A stretch of DNA of 62,756 nt, filler included, from Chrysochromulina tobinii (Eukaryota), in NCBI GenBank assembly GCA_001275005.1. It is 4 parts of 4 records of this genome, joined end to end, with 100 filler letters (N's around TTAATTAATTAA, not from the genome) between each part and the next. Parts side by side here need not be neighbours in the genome. Positions count along the whole stretch, not along the records: positions 41,367 to 59,713 come from JWZX01001024.1; 3 more parts are not named here. One strand, 5' to 3'. The notes below the pieces were generated by a model, which was given only the letters and a program-made list of their open reading frames with translations, ran no database searches and was not told where the DNA came from. The position numbers and the translations under genes are program-made. Positions 41,933-53,641 of the stretch are shown here, one piece after another. Each line of letters starts with the position of its first letter. The stretch's first letter is position 1.

Positions 41933-44900
41933 ATGCCTTCGAAGCTAGCCGCGCGCTTGCTGCAGATCGAAGATAAGTTCGAGAAGCAGCAGCTTCTTGA
42001 AGGCGATGGGAGCTTCAAGAAGTCGACGGGAGCAGCTGCTGTTTCGTCGACTTCTCCCATCGCGGCTGACGCTAAAGGAGCGGCTGCTCTGAACCCCGCA
42101 TCGAGGAGCAGCCCCACATCGAGGAGCAGCCTCGATGAGGAGCAGCCGCCCTCGGTGAAGTGGGGTGTGGAGCACTCGTATGGTGTGGCCGTGATGAGAG
42201 ACATGCAGCACAGCCCCAGGTGGCAGCAGTACATGCAGGACTTGCAGGTGTACAAGATGATGCAGGCAACGGATCGCACGCTACCGATGTCCATGGCAGC
42301 TCGCTCGCCACGGCATCTCCGCGAACACGGGAGTCGACTCGTGCCGCCAGCGCAGCCGAAGCCAAAGGCTCTGACCAAAGTCCGCAAGGAAAACGCCAGT
42401 CGCACTCTTGCCGAGATCAACGAGCCTTGGACGCCGATGAAGCTCGTCAGAGACGTTGGCCACGCGATGATGAGCCTCGTCAATGGCTTCCTGGAGCAGG
42501 ATTTTGAGGTGCAGATTTTGATCATCGTCATGATGATCAGCGCGTTCTTCTCGGTGCGGAATGGGGTGCATGGGTTCCTGGTGCATTACAAGTACGAGAG
42601 CCTGTACGCGGACGGGCAGGCGCCGCCAATGCCGCCTGCGCCGCCCGTGGCGCCAAACTGGAAAGTGTCCGCCTCGGACGCGGCGGTGTCGTTTGCGCTG
42701 AAGCACCCCGTGATCTACTTGCTAATCGACTACGGGATCGCACTGATCATTGGTGCCCTCGTCTACTTTATGGATGACATCAAAGCCTTCAACGAGCGGC
42801 AGCGCCTTCGAAGGCGCGCCCGCGAGCAGCGCAAGGCCGGGTACGTGCCTGTTGGCGACAGGCTGCGCGCTGCTGGACGGATGGTAAAGGTCATCCGATC
42901 CATCATCACTTTTGCTTTCAGCGACCTTGCGAAGACAGTCAAGTCGCCGCGCACTAAGGTCAAGCAGCTCGTCGATCCCGAGGACCCGCCACAGCAGCTA
43001 GATACCGAGGACGACCTTCGCATGGCGCGGACGCGCGAACACGATCTCATCGAAGAGCTCGAGATCAAGGCCAAGGTGCATGCGCTTGATTGCGCTTGAT
43101 TGCGCTCGATTGCGCTTGATTGCGCTTGATTGCACTTGATTTCGCTTGATTGCGCTTGATTGCTTCGGATTGCCCAAGCGGATGCAGGTGCATGCGCTTG
43201 ATTGCGCTTGATTGCGCTTGATTGCGCTTGATTGCGCTCGATTTCGCTTGATTGCGCTTGATTGCCTCTGATTGCCCATGCTGGTGCAGGTGCATGCGGC
43301 CGCTGGCTCGCCCTTGAGCGCGGCGCTCCAGAACCGCCTCAAGCTGCACAAGGAGCGCCAAGCCCTCATCAAAGAAGCTCTCAAGGGCATGCTCGGCGAA
43401 CAAGCCGAGAAAAGCAGCAGTGCTCCTGTTGTTGCCAAACCGCCACTTGCGGGGGGTGGCGGGTTCTTACATGATCTCGCCAAGAGCCCGATTGTGACGG
43501 TGCTCAAGAACTCGCTCAATGGCTTCGTCAGCGTCTTCTTCTTCTTTGCGGACGTCGTCTCCGATATCGCCGTCATCGTCCTGTTGTACGAAACCGAGAA
43601 TTACGAGTGGGCACTGATGGCGGCAGCTGCACTCGCAGCCCAATTCTTTGTCATGTACATGCGATGCCTGCCGTATCTGCGCAGCACATTTGGGGCAGAA
43701 AGCTGCCTGACGCGGACGTTCACGTACATTGGCTTGCCCATCGGTCTCCTCATCCTCGACATCCTCATGCTCCTCGAGCCGTTTGGCTTGCTCACCGTCC
43801 TGCCGCTGCCCATCTGGCTCAAACAGTTCATCCCTGCGTGTGAGCGCCCTAAAGGCCAATCCATGGCATTGCATGCCAAGGCCCGCCACTCCATGGCATA
43901 GCATAGCATTGCATGGCATGGTCTTTCCCGAGACCTCTCCCGAGACCTCTCCCGAGACCTCTCCGGGCCCTTGCCACCGCCCAGCCGGCTGATCACCACG
44001 GCGCCCGCTGACCACCACCGTCCCTCGCCTGTGCAGACAAGGCAACGCGTGTGATCGTCGAGATCGCCGTCGAGAGCCTTCCGCAGAGCCTGCTGCAGTC
44101 GTACATCCTCATTGTGGTGGTCTGGCAGACGCAGGCGGGAACAGCGTCGCCGGAGGTGCTCGCGATGGTCCCTAACGTGAAAACCATGTCCCTATCGATC
44201 ACCCTCTCGACGCTTGCCATCCTCAAGACGTGGATCGAGGTCGTGCAGCAGTCGCGCGAGGCGGGCATCTCCGTGCCAACAAAGGCTAGGCAGTTGTGGG
44301 ACGTCGGTGCCGGTCTGCCACTAGACGCGCTCAAAAAGGGCTCTATCGTTGATTGGGCGTGCACTTACGTGCTCAACAAAGCGGAGATTCCGCCCCTGAT
44401 CGATGCGCTAGGCAAGAACACGTCGCTGAGCCGGCTGAACCTTGCGAAGGCTGGTTTTGAGTGGGACCGTGCGGGGGGAAGCGCGAGCCCGATTGTCGAG
44501 GCACTCAACAAGGAGCCGACGGCGCTGGCCGGGCTGCACAAGCTGGTGATCAACGATGTAAATGAATTTGAGATACCGATGGGTGAGATACGGGGCGGGC
44601 AGAAGCGGGCACTCGCGGCGCTCGAAGGGCTCACGTTCTTTGCGCTGGGGCACAACCAAGGGCCTTGGCACGTGGACATCATGGTCATGGGCGACGTGCT
44701 GCGGAAAAACCTCGACTGGCGGATGGCGACGGATCGCGAGACGCAGATGGGCGATGAAGTCATGCGGCTCCTAGAGGATGCGCACGCCGGCCATCTCTCT
44801 CGCAAGGACTGGGAGGAGCGTACCAAGTTCCTCATGGCGAGTGGCGACCTGCGCCGATCTCTCCTGCAGAGCCTCGTGAGTGCCGAAATTTTGCGCCAAA

Positions 44901-47386
44901 TAGGCTTTAAGTCCAAGGACCTCATTAGCGCCGGTGTCAGCCTCTTGAAGCTCAAGAGCGGCCGGTTCACAGTTGCTGAGCTGCGCGAGAGCGGCGTCAG
45001 CGTAGGCGACCTAAGCTCGACTCGTTATTCGGCCGCGGAGCTCCGGGAGGGCGGCGTGGCGGCGGCCGAACTCTTGCCGCTCAAATATGAGCCCCGCATC
45101 ATGCGCGACGGCGGCTACTCCGCGGCGGAGATGCGCGCCGCCAAGTACCAGCTTGCGGACCTCAAGGGTGTGTATACAGCGAAAGAGCTGTACGAGGCAG
45201 AGTACCCGGCGGCTGAGATGCGTCGAGTCGGCTTCGAGGCCGCCGAACTTAGGGCGGCGCAGTGGCCGGCTGAGATGCTGCGTAAGGGCGGCTACTCGGC
45301 GACGGAGATTCGGGAGGGCGGCTTCAACGCATCCCAGACCCGCGAAGCTGGATATACCGCCACCGAAGCGACTGCGGCGGGCTGGGCGCTCGCGGAGATG
45401 AAGGGCGCCAACTACGATGCAGCCGAGCTGCGCAAAGCGATGCACACTGCGGAGGCAATGCGGGAGGCGGGCTTCACGGCGGCAGCGATGAAAGCCGCCA
45501 AGTATCCCCCGAAGGAGCTCTACGAGGCGGGGTACAGCGTCGAGGAAATACGCAAGGCCGGCACCGGGGTCCCGGAGCTCATGGCGGCCGGCGCGACGAT
45601 CGCGGAGATCCGCCTGTCTGGCGTCTCGGCGGCTCAACTCAAGATCGAGGGCGTGAAGCTCAAGGACATGCGGCTCGGCGGCTACACGTGCAAAGATGTC
45701 AAAGCAGCGGGCTACAAGTGCAAGGAAGTCAAGGCCGCAGGCTTCGTCAAGGGTCTCAAGGAGGCTGGCTACACGGTCAACGAAGCCGTTGCGGCGCAGT
45801 ACAGCTGCGAGGAGCTCTACAAGGGCGGGTACGCCGCGGAAGAGCTGCTCGCGGTCGGCTTCAAGCCGCTCGAGATGCGCGCAGTCGGATACGATGCCAG
45901 GGCCCTGCAGGCCGCGGGGGTGACGCTGCCCAATCTGCGGTCGGCAGGCGTCCAGGTGCGCGACTTGCGCAGTGCCGGGTACGGATACGATGAGCTGCGC
46001 CTCGTGGGCGTCAAGGCTGCTGAGCTCAAGGAGGCGTCTGCGACCGCTGCTGAAATGAAGGAGGCAGGCTATCCACTGGAGGAGTTTTACAAGTTCTTCA
46101 GTGTCTCCGAGCTTCGCGATTGCGGCTTCTCGTGCGAGGAGCTGCGGGTTGTGGGCTTCCGTGCAAAGGAGTTGCTGTCCACCGGGGCCACGAATCGCGA
46201 GCTGCGCGACGGCGGGTACAGCGCTGGCGAGCTGCGCGAGATCGGTCTCACAGCAAAGGAGCTCAAGGCCTTGCAGTTCACCTGCGCGGAGCTCAAGCTG
46301 TGTGGGTTCAACGCCAAGCAGCTTGCGAACGTAAACTTCGGCGCGCATCAGCTCAAAATGGCCGGCTTTCGTCCGCGGCAAGTCAAGGAGAGCGGCTTCA
46401 AGGGAGCTAGCGTCTTCGGACTTGCCGAACTCAAAGCCGATGGGTTCAAGGTGCCTGAGCTGCGTGACGATGAGGGCTTCACGCTCGACCAGCTGCGCGT
46501 CTGCTTCAGCGTTGAGGAGCTGCGGCTCGGTAATGTCACAGCGAAAGAGTTGCTCAAATGCGGCTACTCGCTCGAGGCCATGCGAAAAGGCGGCTTTGAC
46601 GCGTCGCAGCTGCAACAGGCGGGGTACGGCGTCCTCGATATGAAGAAGGCAGGCTTTACGTGCGTCGAGGTTCGACAGGCCGGATTCGTGGAAGGGATCA
46701 TGGAGGCAGGCTACACGTGCAAGGAAGCTCGAGCAGCTGGGTACGTTGATGACATCAAGCGGGCTGGCTACTCCGTGTCGGACCTCAAGGCGGTAGGATA
46801 CACCTTTGCCGAAGTGCGAGCCGCGGGCTACGTACAAGGGATCAAGGCTGCTGGTTACACTGCCAAGGAAGCAAAGATGGACCGCTTCCCTCCAAAGCTG
46901 CTCCGAGCTGCCGGCTTCACATGCTCAGAGGCGAAGCAGGGTGGTTACGTCAAGGAGCTCAAGGCGGCTGGCTACACTCCGCAGGAGGCGCGAGAGGCGG
47001 GATGCACGATTGACGACGTCAGGGAGTGCGGATATATCGAAGGCCTCTGCGCTGCTGGCTACACTGTTAGGGAGTGCTTTGAAGCCAACTTTGCATGCAA
47101 GCACGCGCGCTTGGCGGGCTTCGTCGAAGGCTTCAAGTCCGCCGGGTACACGCTTACAGAGGCAAAGGTTGCGGGCTTTACACCCGAGGGCTTCAGGCGT
47201 GCCGGCTACTCGGGCGAGGACTTCAAAGTCGCAGGGTTCACTTGCAAGCAGGCCAAAGAATCGGGCTACTCGGCCAAAGACGCAAAGGCGGCGGGTTGGT
47301 CGTTCGGTGAACTATCTGAAGCTGGCTACGTCATGCAGTTCACCCAAATCCCCCCTAACGGCCAGTTGACCCCCGCCGAAGTTTAA
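41933..47386 (+). CDS. Membrane protein with XK-related (Xkr)-like TM domain, LRR-like segment and a long (A)G(Y/F)(S/T)AxELxx decapeptide-repeat tail; three exons
   Basis: In-frame exons 41933-43075, 43290-43839, 44037-47386 (IKAK|VHAA; IPAY|KATRV). FFADVVSDI and EIAVESLPQSLLQSY are XK-family hallmarks; LGKNTSLSRLNL is LRR-like. Confidence 0.8.
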
Positions 47387-47980
47387 CGTGCGCATTCTCG
47401 ATCATCATCATCAAATGAATGAAAAACCCATATAGGAAGGGTTATACAGCTCAATGTTGTGTTCTTTCGAGCTCCGTACGTTTTCATCGACACAGGACGT
47501 GTCGAGTGTTCAGCTGTGTGTAGTGTGTAGATCACTGCTGATCAGCTCTCGTAGCTCCCGAGCGAGGGCTCCCGAGCGTCGAGGTAAAGTCGTGGTAAAG
47601 TCGAGTACACACTCGACTCTCGACTCCATGCTTACTCCATGCCTTGCTCTTGAGGCGGGGTTGTGGACTTGACACTTCGGAAGTGACTTAGTGGGACTCC
47701 GCTTGTGGTGTGGGCGGCTACCGGTGCGCCGCCGTGCCGGGTCTTCTCGCCGCTTGCGCTTCGTCCAGCAGCAGCACTCGCTGGACGACTGGAGGATCCG
47801 TACCGGTAGACTGTTAGGGGACTTTGGGTCCTTCAACGAGACCTCCGGGCTACATGAGTCGAGGAGCCCAGCACGCGTCGAGGTTGCACCTCGCTTGCAC
47901 CTCGCTTGATGGAGTGCGACCGTTTTGGGACCTTTACCAGAAATTCCCGGCAGCCGATTCCATCCCGGATCCGATTATCG

Positions 47981-48734
47981 ATGGCTCTCATCTTCGCTGC
48001 CGCACCCATGCGCGCCATGCGCGCGCCCGTCTCATCCGTCTCGATGTCGGCCACCGAGTATGCGAAGACGCTGCCAGGTGCTGGCCCCTTCGGCTTCTTC
48101 GACCCGCTCAAGCTTCTGGAGATCGACAAGGACATGACCCAGGGTAAGCTTGGCCCCGGCACACGCGCGAGTGCAAGCGCAACTGCGTGCGCGTCAGCCT
48201 CCCTGCGCCAGCACACTACGCCCCCACACTGCGCCAGCACATTGTGCGCACAGTAGCGTCAGCTCGCGCGCTCACACGTACCGACGTCGATTCCCTTTCC
48301 CAGGCACCGTCCGCTATTGGCGCGAGGTCGAGCTGAAGCACGGCCGCGTCTCCATGCTCGCGGCCCTCGGCTTCTTCGTCGGCGAGAAGTTCCACCCGCT
48401 CTTCGGCGGCGACATTGACGTGCCGTCGTACGTCGCCTTCCAGGCCACGCCGCTGCAGGAGTTCTGGACCTCGGTCATCCTGACCATCGGCGTCTTCGAG
48501 TTCTTCTCGATCGTCTCCTTCGAGCCCGGCCGCGGCTTCGAGATCCGCGAGACCTTCCCGACGGGCGAGGCTCGCATCGCCGGCGACTTCAAGTTCGACC
48601 CGCTCGGCTTCAAGCCGAAGGATGCGGCGGGCCTCAAGTCGATGCAGGAGAAGGAGATCAACAACGGCCGGCTGGCCATGATCGCCATCGCGGGCATGGT
48701 CGTGCAGGAGCTTGTCTCGGGCTCGAAGCTGTAA
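47981..48734 (+). CDS. LHCX: Light-harvesting chlorophyll a/c-binding protein, Lhcx/LI818 (photoprotective) subfamily; two exons
   Basis: GFFDPL, REVELKHGRVSMLA, FHPLFGGDIDVPSYVAFQATPLQ, GDFKFDPLG, KEINNGRLAMIA. Exons 47981-48143 and 48304-48734 (intron 48144-48303). Confidence 0.93.
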
Positions 48735-48863
48735 GCTCAATGTCCATTACTAAGCCCGTTACAGTAATACGTACCGCCTCGAGGCGTGAGAAAAATGATA
48801 CGGGGGGGCTCACGCGCGCCGGCGCCGCCCGAAACACGCTCCCAGAGCGCTCGAGCCTTGAGC

Positions 48864-50384
48864 CTACGAGACGATGCAGAAGCTCGAGCCGCCCCGCGCG
48901 TGATGGCTGCTAGGAGCCTGAGGCTCCTCGATGGACGCTTCTTCTCCTGCCTCCAGGGCGGCGGCATCGCTCGCAATGAGAGCCGCAAGCTCGTCTACGG
49001 CGGTGACGCCGTCGCAGTACTGCGCAGCCTCTTGCGCGCTCACACCGCGCCCCATGAGCTCGAGGAGTTGCGCCTCGCGCGCTTGCTCCTTAGCGTCCAT
49101 CTCTGCGGACAGACGCAACTTCCTGCCCACCTCATCGTCATCAGTGGCCGCGGGCAGAGGCACGAGCAACGGAGAGCCCGGGGGCAGCCCCGCGGGCACG
49201 AGGACTGCAAAGCGGCCGAAGGGCGTGTCCATCAAGACAGACTTGCCCGCCCCTTTAGGGATACGGATGCACACCCATCGCAGCCCCGTCTCGTCTGTCC
49301 GTACATCCCCTAGGACTCCATTCAAGAGAGTCGGCTCCACCACGGGGAAGACGCCGGTCGCATTGACGGCGCGGCGCGCCCACTGACGTGCAGAGAGTTC
49401 CTCGAAGGTGGCCGCCTCGACACGCCGCACGGCCTGCACGCGTGTGGAGACATCAAACGCACTCAGGCGCACTCGGACGCACTCAGACGCACTCAGACGC
49501 ACTCAGACGCACTCAGACGCAATCGATGGCAACCAGGGGCCAGCAGAGGCCATCAGAGGCCATCAGAGGCCATCAGACCTGCTCCACTGCCTCAGGATCG
49601 TCCAAATTAGGGTCGTCCTCCTCGCCCTCCTCGTCAGCCACCTCCGGAGCCTTCGCCGCCTTCTCGGCCGCTGGATGAGACGACGCCGACGCAGCCCCCG
49701 CCCCCGCCGCCGCCGCCTGTGCCTCTTCAAACTTGCGTTGGAGAGCGGCGAGCTCGACCTGCAGCCGCAGGGCCTTCTCCTCAGCAGCTAGGGTAGCCTG
49801 ACGCGCTCGCTCCTCCGCCTCCCGGACCGCCTCCGCCGCCTCCCGGCGCGCCGTCTCGGCGCCTTGCCGACGTGCGCGCTCCTCCACCTGTCGGTCTCCA
49901 GAGGGGCGCAATCAAGCGCAATCAGTGCCAATCAAGAGCAATCAGCATGCAATCATCGCTCCTCCACCTGACGTCGCACGCGCGTCTCGATTTGATGAGG
50001 CTAGCAATCAGTCGCACTCAGCATGCAATCAGCATGCAATCAGCATGCAATCAGCATGCAATCAGCATGCAATCAGCATGCAATCATCGCTCCTCCACCT
50101 GACGTCGCACGCGCGTCTCGACCTCTCGAGCTTGCTCCTCCTCTTCTTGCTGCCGCTGCTCGTGCAGCGCCACCCGCTGCTGCTCCTGCTGCTGCCGCCG
50201 TATCCGGTCCTTCTCGCGCTGCCGCCGCTGCCTCTCGCGCTCTTGGCGCAGCGCTAGCTCGGCGTCCGCTTGCTGTCGCCGCGCCTCCGCCTCCTCCTCT
50301 CGTGCCTCGTGTAGCCGCTGCTCGCGCTTGCGCATCTCGTCGACGGCCTCGGCGGAGGCGGCGGAGGCGGCGCAGGTTGGTAAC

Positions 50385-50426
<42 letters not shown>

Positions 50427-51187
50427 ATCTCCAGCTGCTGGCGCAGCCACTCGACGCGCTGCGCCTCCCACCGACGCGCCTTCTCCTGTCGATCCTCCGC
50501 AAGCGCCGCCGCCACCGCTTCGGTATCATCCTCGCCGACGACGCCGCCGCCCTCGCCGTCCTCGGCGCGGTCCTGGGCGCTGCCAGCGTCGCCGGCGTCT
50601 GCGTCGCCCGCGTCGCCGCTGTAGCCGCCGCCGCCGCCGCTCTTATCCATGAGGAGTAGCGTCGGACCGTCCCACGCGCGCCGCCACTCGCGTCGGTGCT
50701 GCAGCCGCTCCTGCATGTCGTAGCGACGCCGGCGCTCCGGATCGCTGAGCACCGAGTATGCCGTCTGCAGCGCGGTGAAGCGCTCGAGCGCCTCTTGCGG
50801 GTCGATGCCGTTGCGGTCCGCCGCGTCCGGGTGGTAGCGCATCGCGAGCAGCCGGTACTGCTTCCGCAGCTGCGCCTCGGTGAAGTCCCGTGGCACGCCG
50901 AGCATCGCGTAATGCGAGGGCGTGAGGTTGACGCGAGCCGCGACGGTGCGCATCACCTCGGTGCCCGTGCGCGTCGGCCAGCGCATCCGCTCCTGGATGG
51001 TGCCAGCCGCGGTGAGGCCCCCTGAGAGAACATGGTCCAGCCCACGAGGTGGCGGATGCAGGATCGCCACCGGCGTTGTGGGCTTCGACGTGGGTCGGAC
51101 ATCACCGAGCTTCGCCCGTGGCCGGCGCGGGATTGGAGCTACGATGCGCTCCTGGATGCCGCCCGAAGTACTGAGGTGATGCGACAT
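48864..51187 (-). CDS. DnaJ (J-domain) protein with coiled-coil and polyQ region; three exons
   Basis: HYAMLGV..LRKQYRLLAMRYHPD..AYSVLSDPERRRRYD. Exons 50099-51187, 49579-49887 and 48864-49433 join in phase 0. Confidence 0.85.
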
Positions 51188-51863
51188 CGCGGAGCGGGGG
51201 TCGGCGGCGATGTGGCCTCGACACGGCAAAAAAACTCTCGCGGCTAATTACATCCCTCATCAAGGGGGCGCAAGCTAGAGCAGGGTCGATCCGCGCCTGC
51301 GGCCTGGGTGGTCGGGTTCTTGCCAAAGTCAGGATTCCTAGAGGATACGAATTTTGCACACAGTCGACACTGCGTGCGCCACTGACGAGGTCGCGGAGAT
51401 CACCGCGGATGCGGGGCATGCGGTCGGCCCGGCACCCCGGCCGGCAGCATCCAGCATTCATCCAGCAATTGGGCCCGCGGGTGGGCCCGATTAGGGCCAA
51501 TCGGTCCCAAGAAGTGTGCGCAGACAGAAGATTGTTGGATATTGGTGCAGACCAACACGTTCATATTTCACACGCGCAGGGGCGCCCCTCGCCTCCAGCC
51601 ACCGAGAGCGGTGTTTTGCAGTCCCGGTGCATCACGCCCTATGCCCCGCATGTTCTCGTCGTTTATCTCGTGACCCATCATCTCTCCACTTACCTCCTCC
51701 GCCCGATGGTGAGAGCCAGCGTCACGCACCATGGTAGTGGCGCCAGCTCCTTGACGGCGCGAGCGGCCATGCGCGTGCGCATGCTCGAGGCCGCAACCTC
51801 GCCAACGCTCCTGCCTCACCGGCGGCGCGCTCGCGATGCCGCGTCGGCGCGGCACTGGCCAGC

Positions 51864-53102
51864 TTAGTGGTGGCTCGGGTCGTGGAAGTGGAACTTCTTG
51901 GCACCGACGGCGTTCATGACGACGTCGAAGACGCCGAACTGGCCGGCGGTGAGGGTGCCGATCATGATGCAGCGAGCGGCGAGGCCCGTCGTGCACAGGT
52001 TGACCAGGCCGAGCTCGGCCGCGATGTTGCCCATACGCGAGAACATGCCGCCCTTGCCGCCCGCGCCGCCCTTGTTCATCTTCGAGAGGAGGGTGTCGGC
52101 CGGGTGGGAGATAATGGCCGAGACGACGCCCGCGATGACGCCCGACGCCAGGGAGACAGACACCTTGCCCGACTCGCTGGTCGGCTTGCCAACGACCTCG
52201 ACAATCTTCTCAGCGGAGAGGCCCTGCACAAGGAACTTGGCCATCGTGTACGGCACCTGCTTGAAGAGGATGGGGACGAAGCCCGAGTAGAAGGCCGTGA
52301 CGAAACCCATCTCCGAAGACATGCGCTTCGCAGTCGCCATGAGCGAAGGCGCGTAGTCGGGCTGCGACACGAGACGAATGCGGCACGCCTCGTACCTGCG
52401 CGTGTAGAAAAGGTCGGGGAGGGGAGATAAGGGGAGATAAGGGGGGCGGCAGGCGGTCGGTTTCAGAGCGGGGCCAAGCGGGAGGCGTGTGCGCAGCGGC
52501 GCGGGCAAAGGGGGCGGGGAGAGGGGGAGGAGGGGGAAGGGGCAAGGGGTGGGGGATGCCCGGCGCACGAAGTTCGGGACTTTGTGGGGGAGCGGGGATG
52601 GGGCCACTCACGGGCAGAGGAAGATGTCGGCGATGAACTCGGCGATAGCCGCGGACGCGAGGTAGATGGAGGTGCGGCTGTTCCACGCCGCCTGCTCGCC
52701 CATCGAGCTGCAGAAGTAGATCTTGAAGAACTCCACACCGCCGAACTTGAACCAGCCCTGAATGAAGTAGCCCTGCGCCGTCGGGCCAAGACCCGTGAGG
52801 AGCGCGCCAGCGCCCTCACTGGCGATGATCTGGCGGAAGCCGCCGATGAAGCCCTGGTTGTACTTGACCGGGTCAAGCTGGATGCGCGTCTTGACGACGT
52901 CGACGGGCGTGAGCGCGCCGTGGGTGATCGAGCAGCAAATGCCGCCGGAGAGTGCACCGGAGAGATAGTACTTGACGTCGAAGGGACCCTGGCCCATGAT
53001 CTTGCCATCGCCGGCCGAGGCCTTCGAGGCGGCCGCCGACGACTTGAGGGCACCGAAGAGGCCAAGGCCGGAGTTCACACCCGAGAAACCGAAGAGCGGC
53101 AT
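51864..53102 (-). CDS. SLC25A3: Mitochondrial phosphate carrier (SLC25A3/Mir1-like); two coding exons
   Basis: CCSITHGALTPVDVVKTRIQL, GYFIQGWFKFGGVEFFK, LCP|YEACRIRLVSQP, FKQVPYTMAKF, SHPADTLLSK, RCIMIGTLTAGQF. Intron 52396-52611; possible 5'-UTR intron 53111-53290. Confidence 0.93.
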
Positions 53103-53641
53103 AACAAAAACTGCACACGGCGCGGGGTGGGGGCAACTGTCATGTTGAGCGGCTTGATCAATCGCCACTGGAGGTAACGTTCGGGAGTCAGGCCACGAAC
53201 ACCACAGCGCACGCGTCTACGCCGCCGATGGGCGTCGCGAGCCCTGCGAATGCGCGCTTCATCGCGCAAGTTCCGTGTATCGCATCGCACCTTTTGCGCT
53301 GGTGCGAAGCTGCTGCCACGCAGCGATGAGACCTTTTTTTCACATTCACGATTACGGTCGGATACAACGTGGGGAGCCGGAACACGGGACACACGGGTGA
53401 CACGGGGGAAACTGACACGGGGAAACATGGGCACACGGATCACACAGACGAACCTCACAGCCACGCATCCCAACCCACCTATAACGCACCCGCAACGCTT
53501 GATTACCGTACGCGGCGTGTGTACGCCTACCGCGGCTCCGCGGGCCGCCGGGAAGAGTTATTTTGTTAATTATTTTGTGGCGCTGGGCCAAACCCACGCT
53601 CCGACCGTACATCGAACCGTACACACATATTTCCATTTTCA

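Noticed and set aside
42998..43576. Repeat proteins such as QSSAIKRN or MQSACNQHAIS (also 49872-50257)
   Set aside because: They are translations of intronic satellites on the non-coding strand.
43840..44036. Member of the duplicated-end intron class
   Set aside because: It has small repeats (CCCGAGACCTCT x3) but no end duplication or TGAT satellite.
44900..47330. Type IV secretion system gene
   Set aside because: Only the repeat resembles DotG; there is no TrbI-like domain or other Dot/Icm gene.
51230..51560. Structured ncRNA in an intergenic region
   Set aside because: Only short GC-rich hairpins expected by chance; no tRNA or snRNA motif was recognised.
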